From positions 3,072,001 through 3,136,000 of the forward strand of contig CAVUDP010000002.1 of assembly GCA_963740315.1 (NCBI GenBank): 64,000 bases of DNA. The letters are read 5' to 3'. Positions within the stretch are counted from its first letter, which is position 1; the number at the start of each line of letters is the position of its first letter. The notes beneath the pieces were generated by a model, which saw nothing but the letters and a program-made list of their open reading frames with translations, made no database searches and was not told where the DNA came from. Both the position numbers and the translations under genes were made by a program. Origin of the DNA: an uncultured cyanobacterium. Its GTDB lineage: Bacteria > Cyanobacteriota > Cyanobacteriia > Cyanobacteriales > Nostocaceae. Below are positions 21,002 to 31,778 of the stretch, one piece after another.

Positions 21002-21863
21002 GCAGATCGACATTACAGAAATGTTAATCGGCTATACAGAGCAATAATACGAAAGTAGGGACTTACGCAGGAGAAAAATCCGCAGGGCGTAAGTCTCCAT
21101 TTGGTAAGCATATTTTTTATATGTTCTAGCTTCGGATTAAGTACACTTTTACAATTGGGAATTTCCAAATAATATGTTATCTTCCGCTCATAAGTAACGG
21201 AAAATATCTAACAGGGCAAACATATAAACAAATTTTGTCCTCTTAAAGTCATGCTTGTTAGCTATAACCAGGAACATATAAAATTCCGTAAATACAATAA
21301 AAAAAACGTGATGATTAAAAAAAATATCTTGACTAAGTTTTAAGTTAAAAGTCTTAGGGTATACTTTCCCTAGATTTGATACGCAAATTTTACATAATTT
21401 GTCATACTCTTAATAAGATCGTAATTGATTGATCTTTCTAAGAGTAAAATGAATGCGAGTCTCTCACCCATAGAGGCTCTTACCCCGTATGGTGTTTAGC
21501 TAGAGTAGTCAGAAACAAACTATAAAAGCGGTTAAAAGTTGACAAGTATATTTTTTATGTCTGAAGGTATATGATTTGATCGTAAAGTTATGAAAAGATT
21601 AAAAACTTGTGATGGGATAGGAATATTTCTAACGTGCGTAAAATTGGTGTTTGACTCCAAACTCTTGCTCATAAGAAATCTATATAAATTAGCAAAACAA
21701 ATCACACAACAAAATAGTTATAAAATTTACTCTAATTATCTTTCTACTCTTGCTAAACTTGTAAACCTTATCTCAATATGGTTTAGCAATCTTGAACCCT
21801 TGTTTGATTTAAAAATCATCTGAATTCAGTCAAATTATAAAGAGCAAAATAATAAAATCACCT

Positions 21864-23249
21864 GTGTCTCAACTGCCTTCCCAACCAGCTAATAGTAATA
21901 GCAGTGCCCCAACAGATGTCACTCCAGTGGTGGCGCTCAAAGAACTTGTGGCACGGCTGCATCGGGAGCAGAACAAAATCCAAGACTTACTTTCGTCTTT
22001 AGGATTTGCTCTGAGAAGTTTCAATAACTTAAACCAGTTTTTGGAACTAATACCGCTGATGGCAACTAGGGTAACAGATGCCGATGGTAGCGTTTTGTTT
22101 CTCTACAAACCTAACGGTCAAATTCGGTTAGAACAGCTACACTGGCAAGATAGCCGCCAGCGTAAAAATATACGTAAGGCTTTAGAAGCAGCTAGCAGTC
22201 AAATTTCTCTGCCAACAAGTGCAACACCGCTAGCAACCACTACTGGTATGTTAGATGCTCAGATGCATCGTTGTTTGGGACCGGATATGCAAGCTTTTGG
22301 CACTACAATTCTGGTTAAAAACAAGGAACGTGGATGGCTGTACGTTTTAAGTAGAGACTGCGAATATACTTGGACGGAAACTAGGCAAAAGCTAGTACGT
22401 TTGGTAGCCGATCAAACCGCAGTCGCGATTGAAAATGATGAGTTAGGTGTAGAATTACGTAAAAAAGAACGCCTAGATCAAGAATTAGAAATTGGTGCAG
22501 AAATCCAACGGCGACTTTTGCCCCGTCAATGCCCGAATATTCCAGGTGTTGCTTTAGCCGCTCGCTGTAAACCAGCAAATCAGGTAGGTGGAGACTATTA
22601 CGATTTTATTCCTACAAACCATAACTTATTAATTAAAGGCGAAGGCGACGATGCGATCGCCAATCGCTGGGCGATGGTAATTGGGGATGTGATGGGTAAA
22701 GGCGTACCCGCTGGTTTAATCATGACAATGATGCGAGGAATGTTACGGGGTGAAGTGTTACACCTTAATTCCCCCGCCCGAATTCTGCAAAACCTGAATC
22801 GAGTTATGTATGCAGATTTGGACAATTCCAGCCGTTTTATCACCTTATTTTATTCGGAATACGACCCGCAAAAACGGCTTTTATCCTACAGTAATGCCGC
22901 GCACAATCCTCCTTTATGGTGGCACGCTGCAACAAAAAGCGTTAGTCGATTGGACACCAATGGAATGCTTATTGGTTTAGAAGCCCACAGTCAGTATGAG
23001 AATGGTCATGCATACTTAGAGGCAGGGGATACAATTATTTATTACACCGATGGATTAACTGATGCAGCTTCTCCTTCCGGCGAACGTTTTGATGAAGAAA
23101 ATTTAATTATTGCTTTTAGCAACGCCTGCAAGTATTCCAACCAACCGCAAGAGATTCTTGATTGTCTATTTAATCAAATTCAGCAATTCATTGGTGCAGA
23201 TAGACAAAATAACGATGATATGACGTTAGTTGTTTTGCAAGCACGATGA
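21864..23249 (+). CDS. PP2C/SpoIIE-family (RsbU-like) Ser/Thr phosphatase with GAF-like region
   Basis: VGGDYYD, IGDVMGKG, YTDGLTD, DDMT. Confidence 0.92.
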   Translation: MSQLPSQPANSNSSAPTDVTPVVALKELVARLHREQNKIQDLLSSLGFALRSFNNLNQFLELIPLMATRVTDADGSVLFLYKPNGQIRLEQLHWQDSRQRKNIRKALEAASSQISLPTSATPLATTTGMLDAQMHRCLGPDMQAFGTTILVKNKERGWLYVLSRDCEYTWTETRQKLVRLVADQTAVAIENDELGVELRKKERLDQELEIGAEIQRRLLPRQCPNIPGVALAARCKPANQVGGDYYDFIPTNHNLLIKGEGDDAIANRWAMVIGDVMGKGVPAGLIMTMMRGMLRGEVLHLNSPARILQNLNRVMYADLDNSSRFITLFYSEYDPQKRLLSYSNAAHNPPLWWHAATKSVSRLDTNGMLIGLEAHSQYENGHAYLEAGDTIIYYTDGLTDAASPSGERFDEENLIIAFSNACKYSNQPQEILDCLFNQIQQFIGADRQNNDDMTLVVLQAR

Positions 23250-23271
23250 ATTACTAAATAGTTGTTAGATG

Positions 23272-23431
23272 GTAGGTTGGGTTAGACAGGAAAATTAATT
23301 TGATTTGTAACTAGAAACTAAGTTAATCAATTGGAGTAACCCAACATTGCGACTAGTATTCGATTACATAATTTTTGATGGGTTGGTTTTCTCGTAAATG
23401 TCGGGAGACGTAGCAGTGCTACGTCTCTACA
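23272..23431. repeat. REP-like repeats between convergent genes
   Basis: gtaggttgggtta...taacccaac and gagacgtagcagtgctacgtctctac palindromes. Confidence 0.75.
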
Positions 23432-23465
23432 AACCGTCGCAATTAATGAAATGCGATACTAACAA

Positions 23466-24458
23466 CTAGAACACAACTGTTTTACCTTCTTTTTCTGCGT
23501 CTTTCTTTGTATAAGCAACACCGTCAATTTTGATACCTTGCTTATCAAGCAGGGTAATTGTACCGCCTTTACCTTCTAAAGAAATACTGTTCTTAACTAA
23601 AGGCACTTGCAATACTTCCCCTGGGTTGATTGCTCCATCTAAATGATGCTTGCGTTTATCGCGATCGGTAAGTGCCCATCCACTTAAATCCACTTTGTCT
23701 GCTGAAGTATTAATTAAGGTCACTGTTTCGGTATTACGGTTGCTACCGTAAGGATTGACTAAAGCAGCTAAAATGCGAATTTCGGCAGTACTTGCAGCAA
23801 GTAGCGAGTCTAATCTGTCACCATTTTTATCGTCGGTGTGGAAAGATTGCGATTGGAAAGTTAAGAAAACACCAACCCATTGTTCGCGGTTTGGATAGTG
23901 AATTAACAATCCGCCATCTTGCCAAACTCCGTTATCTTTTTGGAATTTACCTACACTACCTTGATTCATGTGGATGTCATGAATACCGTTACCGGGAAGA
24001 AAATCAAAATACTTGTCTTTAGTATCGCTTTCTGGTCCCCACTTTTCCCCAAAAGCATAGATAACAGCTTCTTCACTAGTTTGCGATCGCCCAACATATA
24101 GCTCAATTAACTCATTTAAATCGTTGTCGGGACCTGGAACATCGTGAGGTAAAGGTTTCATTTGAGTTGTATCAAACAAATTACCTCGAACGTAGTCTAA
24201 AGCAAGTCCACCGGGTTTTCGATCTAAATGATTAAACCCGTAATCCAATTTAAGCAAATCTTGAGTAATTGGATGGTCAAAATTATCGTCTACAAAATAA
24301 AGTAATTCCGAAGGACTCAGCTTTGATTTTACATTAACAGCGATGCGATGCTTTTCTGAGGAAGTATTGATAAGTACTTGGTAATGAGGATTATTACCGG
24401 AACCTAGTTTTCTATCAATAGCTTTACCTTTAAGAACACCGTAATTTTTTAAAGGCAT
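23466..24458 (-). CDS. DUF2278 (YukJ-like) protein with C-terminal lamin-tail-like domain
   Basis: YGVLKG, GIHDIHMNQG, WQDGGL; C-terminal ALVNP..E.VTLIN..VDLSGW. Confidence 0.8.
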   Translation of the reverse strand: MPLKNYGVLKGKAIDRKLGSGNNPHYQVLINTSSEKHRIAVNVKSKLSPSELLYFVDDNFDHPITQDLLKLDYGFNHLDRKPGGLALDYVRGNLFDTTQMKPLPHDVPGPDNDLNELIELYVGRSQTSEEAVIYAFGEKWGPESDTKDKYFDFLPGNGIHDIHMNQGSVGKFQKDNGVWQDGGLLIHYPNREQWVGVFLTFQSQSFHTDDKNGDRLDSLLAASTAEIRILAALVNPYGSNRNTETVTLINTSADKVDLSGWALTDRDKRKHHLDGAINPGEVLQVPLVKNSISLEGKGGTITLLDKQGIKIDGVAYTKKDAEKEGKTVVF

Positions 24459-24656
24459 AGATGTCTCCTGATGACCTGTTATGAGCTTTTATGCCCAAAA
24501 CCTTCATTTGGTAATTGGGCAGTTGAGATGCGGAAATCACAGTTATAGCATCATTATTTTGATACATCCACTTTTGCAAAGATTTGTTTGCGATCGCTCG
24601 AAGTTAGGTAAAAATCCGGTTACTTTAATAATCGCTTCTTTGGAGCGTGACTATTT

Positions 24657-25274
24657 TTATCGACTTAACTCCAACAAACTTGGATACCCGTAAGAATTTG
24701 TAGCTTGTAAAGGAAAACTATCATAACTGCTAAATACTAAATTAGCCGTTGCTTGAAGATTTTCTTTTAGCTTACTATCTTCCCCAAAAGCTTCTAAAGC
24801 AATACTCCACCAAGTATTACCATTAATTACTATATTGGTAAGTTCTAAACTACAGCCGTTATTGATATCTATATCTGTCGAAACAGCTTTTGGCAATCTA
24901 GAGACGACAGTATAAAGTTGCGAGTAACGAACTTTTTCGACTTTTATCCATACAGGATTATCGCTAATTTGTTGAAGAGAAAAGCTTTCTTCACTAGAAT
25001 CCAAACATCGCCACTTTTTCCATTTTTCAATATTACCTTCTACTACAGAACCGAATTGCTTTTTATTAGAGTCGGGATAACGCCATTTGATTTCTAATAC
25101 CCCTTGACGCAATTTAATCCCTAAATAATCGCATTTTGGTGTGTAAAGATACACATCTTCTCGTTTTTCTGGTAACTTTGTCTGTGACACAAGACAATTG
25201 TGCTTAAACCAATATTCAATATTTTCGGGAATATTACCCGAGTAAAACCAGCGAACTTCATAAGTTGTCAGCAT
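24657..25274 (-). CDS. Conserved hypothetical protein, CYTH-like
   Basis: N-terminal EVRWF, RED.YL, GIKLR, LEIK, C-terminal ELT and LEAF pattern; start placed at MLTT. Confidence 0.6.
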   Translation of the reverse strand: MLTTYEVRWFYSGNIPENIEYWFKHNCLVSQTKLPEKREDVYLYTPKCDYLGIKLRQGVLEIKWRYPDSNKKQFGSVVEGNIEKWKKWRCLDSSEESFSLQQISDNPVWIKVEKVRYSQLYTVVSRLPKAVSTDIDINNGCSLELTNIVINGNTWWSIALEAFGEDSKLKENLQATANLVFSSYDSFPLQATNSYGYPSLLELSR

Positions 25275-25344
25275 ACGTGGGACAATGAAACGAGAAATTA
25301 CCCTTACCGAGAGCATTATTTCCAGCCTAGAGGAACCAGAACAA

Positions 25345-25893
25345 ATGTGGAAACGAATTTCAGTTACTTTATTTTTAGTGTTTAGTTTGTGCCTGACAAA
25401 TATTGGTGCAGCAGCCGCCGCCGCACTTAATAGCTACGTTGACTCAACCGATGGCTATCAATTCTTATATCCTACTGGCTGGGTAGAAGTACAAATAGGC
25501 AACGGTCCCGATGTTGTTTTTCACGATATTATCGAAACAACAGAGAACGTTTCCGTAGTCATCAGTCCGGTTCCATCAGGTAAAACTTTAACAGAATTAG
25601 GTACCCCGACAGAAGTAGGATATAAGTTGGGAAAAAATGCTCTCGCTCCTGAAGGTTCTAATCGTACAGCAGAATTAGTCAATGCCGAAAAAAAAGAAGG
25701 CTCAGATGGTAAAACCTATTATTTATTAGAGTTTTTGGTAAAATTTCCCAACAGACGCGATCGCCACAATCTTGCTAGCGTTGCCGTCAGTCGTGGTAAG
25801 CTATTCACCTTCAATGCTTCAGTACCTCAAAGACGTTGGAATCGCATGAAACGAATGATTCAAGATTCTGTAGGTTCTTTCCGCGTCGATTAA
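25345..25893 (+). CDS. psbP: Cyanobacterial PsbP (CyanoP)
   Basis: Signal peptide; DGYQFLYPTGW, DVVFHDII, ENVSVVIS; typical psbP-maf pair. Confidence 0.9.
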   Translation: MWKRISVTLFLVFSLCLTNIGAAAAAALNSYVDSTDGYQFLYPTGWVEVQIGNGPDVVFHDIIETTENVSVVISPVPSGKTLTELGTPTEVGYKLGKNALAPEGSNRTAELVNAEKKEGSDGKTYYLLEFLVKFPNRRDRHNLASVAVSRGKLFTFNASVPQRRWNRMKRMIQDSVGSFRVD

Positions 25894-26050
25894 TCAGTTA
25901 GCAGTTAGCAGTTAGCAGTTAGCAGTTAGCAGTTAGCAGTTAGCAGTTAAGAGTTAAGAGTTAAGAATTTTAATTTCCCCTTGTCCCCTTGTCTCCCCAT
26001 CCCCCCATCCCCTCTACCCCCATCTCCCCCATCCCCCCATCCCCCATCCT
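25894..26050. repeat. STRR array (gttagca, gttaaga, ccttgtcc, ccccatc)
   Basis: Direct tandem units. Confidence 0.9.
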
Positions 26051-26061
26051 TCTCTAAAAAT

Positions 26062-26655
26062 ATGGGCACTCCAACCTTTGTTTTAGCTTCTGCTTCAACT
26101 GCGCGTCGCCGTTTGCTGCAAAATGTTGGAATTCAACCTTTTGTTTGTCCCAGCGATTTTGATGAGTCGCAGATTCAACTTGATAATCCAGCGGAATTGG
26201 TGGAAAGTTTGGCTTTACGAAAGGCTGAAACTGTCGCACCACATTTTCAATCGGCTTTAGTTATGGGTTGCGATTCGGTTTTAGCTATTAATGGCGAAAT
26301 TCACGGTAAACCCGCTAATCCTGAAGTTGCTCGTCAGCGCTGGTTGATGATGCGAGGTAATTACGGCAAACTTTTTACTGGTCATGTTTTTGTTGATAAT
26401 ACGCAAAATCGTAATTTAGTCAAGCACGAGGTTACGAAAGTTTATTTTGCCACCGTTAGCGAACAAGAAATAGATGCTTATGTTGCTACCGAGGAACCTC
26501 TTAAATGTGCTGGTGCTTTTGCATTGGAAGGTAAAGGTTCTGTGTTTGTAAAGAAAATCGAAGGTTGTTACAGTAATGTAGTTGGTTTGAGTTTACCGTT
26601 GTTGCGGTTAATGTTATTGGAAATGGGGTATTCTATTACTGATTTTTGGAGATGA
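26062..26655 (+). CDS. maf: Maf-family nucleoside triphosphate pyrophosphatase
   Basis: VLASAS..RR.LL, FDE, GCDS, GKP, AGAF, NVVGL. Confidence 0.93.
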   Translation: MGTPTFVLASASTARRRLLQNVGIQPFVCPSDFDESQIQLDNPAELVESLALRKAETVAPHFQSALVMGCDSVLAINGEIHGKPANPEVARQRWLMMRGNYGKLFTGHVFVDNTQNRNLVKHEVTKVYFATVSEQEIDAYVATEEPLKCAGAFALEGKGSVFVKKIEGCYSNVVGLSLPLLRLMLLEMGYSITDFWR

Positions 26656-26661
26656 GACGAA

Positions 26662-27681
26662 TTAAGGGCGCGTGGTGACAACAATTTTCCCTACTTGTTG
26701 GTTAGATGACCTATAGCGATGGGCATCTGCGACTTGCTCAAGTGGGAATGTCTCGGCAATTACGGGTTTAAGCGAACCATCTTTAAGCTTGTTAATGATA
26801 AATGCTTTGGCTCGCTCAACAGCTTCGGGCTGCACTGGCAAATCCAAAATTGGTAGCCCAGTGAAATCAAAGACTTTATAAGGATAAATCCGCGCTCCCT
26901 TAATTAACAGCGGAAACAGCGGCAAGGTGATGGGGGACAAATCCAGCGCTCCATAGAGAACAATTGCTCCAGTCGGGGAAATTATCTGAGCAAACGCATC
27001 CAGCATTCCCCCAGCAATTGGGTCATAGATAACTTCAACACCTTTAGCATCAGTGATATCGCGGACAGATTCGACTAAATCCTCTTCTTGAGTGACGATT
27101 ACGCGATCGGCACCCAAATCAATAAGCTGTTGTTTCTTTGCGGATGTACGTGTGGTAGCAATTACCGTAGCTCCTACAGCTTTTGCCAGACCGATCGCTG
27201 CTACGCCCGTGCTGCTGCTAGCGGCGGTAATAAAAATGCGATCGCCTGCTTTGAGTCGTCCGTGTTCAAACAGCGCAAAGTAGCCTGTCATGTACTGTAC
27301 GCCTGTAGTTGCAGCTTCTTCTGAAGAAAGGCGATCGGGATATTGCAGTACGGCATGAGCGGGGACAATTGCCCACTCACCATACACTCCATAGTCTCCT
27401 TGATTGAAGGCAGGATAAGTTGAAACGCGATCGCTAAAAGCAATATTTGTTACTCCTTCACCTACTGCATCGATAATTCCTGCTGCATCATAACCAATCC
27501 GAGATGGTAACGAAGGAGGATGAATGTATTGGTTTTCGCGAAAATAAACTTCGGCTCGGTTTAAAGCAAAAGCTTGTACTTTTATACGAACTTCACCAAA
27601 ACCGGGTTCTTGTACGGAAACGTCTTCGAGTTGCAGAACGCTGGCATCACCAGGTTTATGAAAACGAACGATTTTAGCCAT
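26662..27681 (-). CDS. NADPH:quinone oxidoreductase / MDR family
   Basis: EVRIKVQAFALN, ITAASSSTG, GKIVV. Confidence 0.9.
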   Translation of the reverse strand: MAKIVRFHKPGDASVLQLEDVSVQEPGFGEVRIKVQAFALNRAEVYFRENQYIHPPSLPSRIGYDAAGIIDAVGEGVTNIAFSDRVSTYPAFNQGDYGVYGEWAIVPAHAVLQYPDRLSSEEAATTGVQYMTGYFALFEHGRLKAGDRIFITAASSSTGVAAIGLAKAVGATVIATTRTSAKKQQLIDLGADRVIVTQEEDLVESVRDITDAKGVEVIYDPIAGGMLDAFAQIISPTGAIVLYGALDLSPITLPLFPLLIKGARIYPYKVFDFTGLPILDLPVQPEAVERAKAFIINKLKDGSLKPVIAETFPLEQVADAHRYRSSNQQVGKIVVTTRP

Positions 27682-27733
27682 GAGATTAAGTCCTTAATCT
27701 ATCGTAATGTAGTTTGTGTTAACTAACTCTGTC

Positions 27734-28237
27734 TTAGAGCGCAAACTTGCTAGGTTCTTCCCCGCGAATGATGGGTTCTGGTAAAAAGTTTTGAGGATAA
27801 TGCATTCCTCGTTCGCGAATTAAATACATAGTTAAATCCATCGTGTGATCTGCAACCCAAAAGCGCGTCACTTTTCCATCAGTAATCCAGAGAATGAAGT
27901 ATTCAATTGATGTACCAGAACGACTAGTAGGTTCGAGGTGAAAAAATTGCTTGTCATGCTTCCAATTCAAATTGACAGCAATGGTGGCACGATTAACGCC
28001 ATATATTTCATCTACAAGATCGAGTCGGGGTTGAAATCCAGAGTGGAATTGGGCTGCCCATCCTTTGAGGGCTTCTAAACCAGTCATAGGCATAGTACCA
28101 ACGCTGCTACGTACCTCTACATCATTCGTAACAACTTCATCCCAAAGGTCTAAATTACGTTCGTTAAAGCCTTTATAGATTTGACGGGCAATGCGTTCGG
28201 ATTGGGAAATAGCATCGAAGGTTTGCTGCGGATTCAT
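27734..28237 (-). CDS. SnoaL/NTF2-like (ester cyclase-like) protein
   Basis: Typical size and pattern (FN..DL..WDEVV..DV, G.EALK, ..DGKV..). Confidence 0.7.
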   Translation of the reverse strand: MNPQQTFDAISQSERIARQIYKGFNERNLDLWDEVVTNDVEVRSSVGTMPMTGLEALKGWAAQFHSGFQPRLDLVDEIYGVNRATIAVNLNWKHDKQFFHLEPTSRSGTSIEYFILWITDGKVTRFWVADHTMDLTMYLIRERGMHYPQNFLPEPIIRGEEPSKFAL

Positions 28238-28354
28238 GGTTTAATTCTCCTTGAAAAATCTTTTTTTATTTCTAAATACAGAATAATTTCAAAGTAAATT
28301 AAGATAAATAGTTTATAAGTTGATTCATTATTTACTTTTTTTCACTAATAGCTG

Positions 28355-29275
28355 ATGAAGAGTTTAAGCAATATCACAACATTTATCCGAGTTGCTCAAA
28401 CTCGAAGCTTTGCCGAAGCTGCTAACCAATTAGGTCTTTCTCCACCTGCAACCAGTAAAGCAGTAGCCAAATTAGAAGAAGAATTGGGAGTTAAATTACT
28501 GCATCGAACTACAAGAAGCGTTAGTTTAACTGCTGAAGGAGAAAGATTTTACGAAGTTGCTCAAAAATTTCTTGAGGAAATGGAAGCTGTTGCTCAAGAG
28601 TTAAAAGATAGCTCTTGTGAACCACAAGGAAGATTGAAAATTAGTGTGCCTGCTGCTTTCGGTCGAATGTGGGGGACAAAAATTATTTCCAAGTTTCTTC
28701 GAGTTTATCCCCAAATATCAGTAGAACTTTCCCTTGATGATAAAGATGTAGATTTAGCTGCTGAAGGTGTTGATGTGGCAATTCGCGTAGGGGCTTTAGC
28801 TGATAGTGCGAATTTGATGGCAAGAAGATTATTTGTCGATCCTTTAATTACCTGTGCAACTCCTGAATATCTTGATTTGTATGGAAAACCAAAACATCCG
28901 TCGGAGTTAGAAAAACACAACTGCTTAAACTTCCGCAATCGAAACACAGGTCGTTTAATGCCTTGGTTTTTTACTATTAACGAACAGGTTGAACGCAGAA
29001 TTTTTGAAGGCAGATTAATTATTGACGATGGGGAAGCAGTAGGACAAACTGCGATATTGGGAATAGGGATTAGTCAGATGCCCGGATTTATGGCAATTAA
29101 TGCTCTGCAACAAGGGATTTTAGAAGAGATTTTAGTTGATTATAGACCGCAGGAAGTACCTTTTACCGCACTTTATCTAGATAGACGATTGGTTTCACCA
29201 CGCATTCAAGCTTTTATTGATTTTATGGTTGAACGAGGAGGTGTTTGGGACAAATACATTAGTAAGCATGGATAA
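28355..29275 (+). CDS. LysR-family transcriptional regulator (CrgA-like)
   Basis: SFAEAANQLG, LEEELGVKLLHRTTRSVSLT, DVAIRVG; divergent from the SnoaL/QOR pair. Confidence 0.95.
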   Translation: MKSLSNITTFIRVAQTRSFAEAANQLGLSPPATSKAVAKLEEELGVKLLHRTTRSVSLTAEGERFYEVAQKFLEEMEAVAQELKDSSCEPQGRLKISVPAAFGRMWGTKIISKFLRVYPQISVELSLDDKDVDLAAEGVDVAIRVGALADSANLMARRLFVDPLITCATPEYLDLYGKPKHPSELEKHNCLNFRNRNTGRLMPWFFTINEQVERRIFEGRLIIDDGEAVGQTAILGIGISQMPGFMAINALQQGILEEILVDYRPQEVPFTALYLDRRLVSPRIQAFIDFMVERGGVWDKYISKHG

Positions 29276-29428
29276 TATATTTGATTAAACGCTTTTTTTA
29301 ATTCACTCAAATCTTGACAGTACAAGTATTTCATAGAATAAAATAACCATAATTTTTTTTAGGGGGCTATGCGTAAGTCCTAAAAAAAGATAATTTGGGA
29401 ATTTAGGAAAAATCATTTTTTATAATTA

Positions 29429-30583
29429 ATGCTCCCTATTATTTCTACAATTCCTTTGCGTCAAATGGCTTCTGGTGATATTTTATCGCTACAAGTTTAC
29501 AAATTTATTGGCGCAAGTGCTGGCAAAAAAGTTTACATTCAATCAAACCTTCATGGTGCAGAAATTGTGGGGAATGCTGTTATTCATCAGTTGATTGAGT
29601 TCTTATGGACGTTAGATAATACGGATTTAATTGGAGAAATTTGGCTGCTTCCGGTTTGCAATCCAATAGGAACTAATCAACGCTCTCATCATTTCTCTTC
29701 TGGAAGATATTGTGCTTATGAAGCAAAAGATTGGAACCGTATTTTTTGGGATTATTCCAAGGATATATCTAAAAATGGTAAAAACGGTGAAAATCAATTA
29801 TTAGCATTCGCAAAATCTCAGCTTGATTTGGATTCAGAAGAGATTAGGAAGAATTTTATTGATATAATCAAGCAGCAATTTGTCAAGCTTTCAGATAAAA
29901 TTAATTCTGATAGTGGGGCACCATATACCGAAAAGTTTAGCTACAAATTACAATCTTTGAGTTTAGATGCAGATTACTCGATCGATATTCATAGTTCGAC
30001 AAATCAAGGCTTAAACTATCTTTATTACTTCGGCGATCGCGAAGAAAGTGCTAAATATTTTCTGCTCGATTTTGGTATTTTACTTGATGAATATGACGGA
30101 GATGCTTTTGACGAAGCTTTTATTAAACCTTGGTTAGCGCTTGAAGAGTGTTTTGTGCAGCTAGGTAAAACGGTAAAATTCGACGTGGAAGCTTGGACGC
30201 TCGAACTTGGAAGAGGAATGGAAATGATTCCCGATTCAGTTACAAAAGGTGTTCGAGGCATAAAAAACTATTTAAAACAGAAGGGTGTTTTATCGAAGGA
30301 TTTTAAATTGGACGATCTTCCACAACGAAATCATCAGATGAATTTTAAAACTAAAAGTAAAGTTACAAAATACTACGCACCAGTTGGTGGAATGATTAAT
30401 TCAAGAATTATACTTGGAGCGGAAGTAAAAGCAGGTGAACAACTTTATCAAATTCTTAGTTTTAATAAACAAGGGAAGTTACCTACAACAGTAGATATTT
30501 TTGCCGATCGAGATGGATTTGTGTATGATGTCTCTGTTAATCAATCGGTAAATGAAGGTGAGTTTGTATTGGGAATTATTTAA
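29429..30583 (+). CDS. Succinylglutamate desuccinylase/aspartoacylase family (M14-like)
   Basis: LHGAE, NPIG, DWNR, IDIHS motifs. Confidence 0.88.
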   Translation: MLPIISTIPLRQMASGDILSLQVYKFIGASAGKKVYIQSNLHGAEIVGNAVIHQLIEFLWTLDNTDLIGEIWLLPVCNPIGTNQRSHHFSSGRYCAYEAKDWNRIFWDYSKDISKNGKNGENQLLAFAKSQLDLDSEEIRKNFIDIIKQQFVKLSDKINSDSGAPYTEKFSYKLQSLSLDADYSIDIHSSTNQGLNYLYYFGDREESAKYFLLDFGILLDEYDGDAFDEAFIKPWLALEECFVQLGKTVKFDVEAWTLELGRGMEMIPDSVTKGVRGIKNYLKQKGVLSKDFKLDDLPQRNHQMNFKTKSKVTKYYAPVGGMINSRIILGAEVKAGEQLYQILSFNKQGKLPTTVDIFADRDGFVYDVSVNQSVNEGEFVLGII

Positions 30584-30625
30584 TATAGGGAATAGGGCAT
30601 GGGGTATTGGGCATTGGGCTGGCAA

Positions 30626-31489
30626 TTATAGCCGCTTTGGCGGCCAGCCTTCAGACGACCAAGGTCTAGATTCGCCATACTTCCGCATATTCCGTTCATG
30701 TTTATAGTCAAAATATGCTGAGACAATACTTACGTATTTGCCTTTATGAAACTTCCACTTCGGAAGGTCATCCAAAGCTTCAATAAATATATCTCCTGTC
30801 ATTGACAAATCATAGCCGTGAAAGTATAGCGTGAGCGCAACATCATAAACACGAAACATCAAACGTCCAATTTTTCGTAACTCTTCGGCAGTCTCAAATC
30901 CAAGTGAACGTCCCTTCTCAACCATGTCTAACCGCTCCTCAATCTGCCTGCGAGAAACGTGAACATAAGCACAACAATCTCGGTAAATATCGTATAGTTC
31001 ATCAACAAACTGCTTTGCATCATCTGGATGAAGTGCAGCTAGCTTTAACTCTTCTCTCACATCAATTGAAGAATTAACATTTGTCTGTAGGAAAGCTAGA
31101 CGTTCTGTTAACTTTGCAAGAGCCTCTATACCTTCCGTGTGTTGATCAACATAAAGATATTTAACTGAACTTTCAATGATATATCGCAGTTCTCTCTTAA
31201 CTGGATTGATCATCGCTTGTTGTACTAAATGCCATGCAGCCAAGACAGATTGAGCCAAATCATCTGTAGAACGAATAGTTAACGAATTTTGAGAATAATC
31301 ACCTGCCCGACTACTATACATTAAGCAAAGGCGGAGCAAAATGATAATATCGCTAGTTATCCTTTCGATAAACTTTAGCTCGCTTTGATAAGCAGGTGAT
31401 GCGACTAACTCTTGTTGAGTCTTGACCTTAGCAGCGTGTTCTGCCTTTTTCTGCTCAAAATACTCTTGGAGTGGATCCGATTCAGACAT
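30626..31489 (-). CDS. Hypothetical helical protein, possibly HEPN/DUF5677-like
   Basis: Long open ORF; LRYIIE and YRDCCAYVH motifs; start placed at MSESD. Confidence 0.6.
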   Translation of the reverse strand: MSESDPLQEYFEQKKAEHAAKVKTQQELVASPAYQSELKFIERITSDIIILLRLCLMYSSRAGDYSQNSLTIRSTDDLAQSVLAAWHLVQQAMINPVKRELRYIIESSVKYLYVDQHTEGIEALAKLTERLAFLQTNVNSSIDVREELKLAALHPDDAKQFVDELYDIYRDCCAYVHVSRRQIEERLDMVEKGRSLGFETAEELRKIGRLMFRVYDVALTLYFHGYDLSMTGDIFIEALDDLPKWKFHKGKYVSIVSAYFDYKHERNMRKYGESRPWSSEGWPPKRL

Positions 31490-31778
31490 TCCTAAAATCT
31501 CAATTAAGTTCACTTGATAGTAGATCAAGCGAAGGGTAACTAGCAGAGCTGCCTAAGTATTTATTATACGCAAGCTTCCCGTATAATCTTTTTCCATATC
31601 CAAATATATCGAGCATTATAAGTATTTCCTTTCTGAATATACGGAAAACTAAATATTTAGCAATTGGGGTTGTTTTTAACCGTGATGGTGAAGCTGTCCG
31701 CAATCTCCTCGATTTAAAAAAAATCCCATTCCCCAAAATAATCTAAACTCAAAGTGTCCGCTAACTGCAAATATCCTC

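Noticed and set aside
21590..21823. 77-aa ORF upstream of the PP2C gene
   Set aside because: AT-rich, no recognisable motif or RBS; probably spurious
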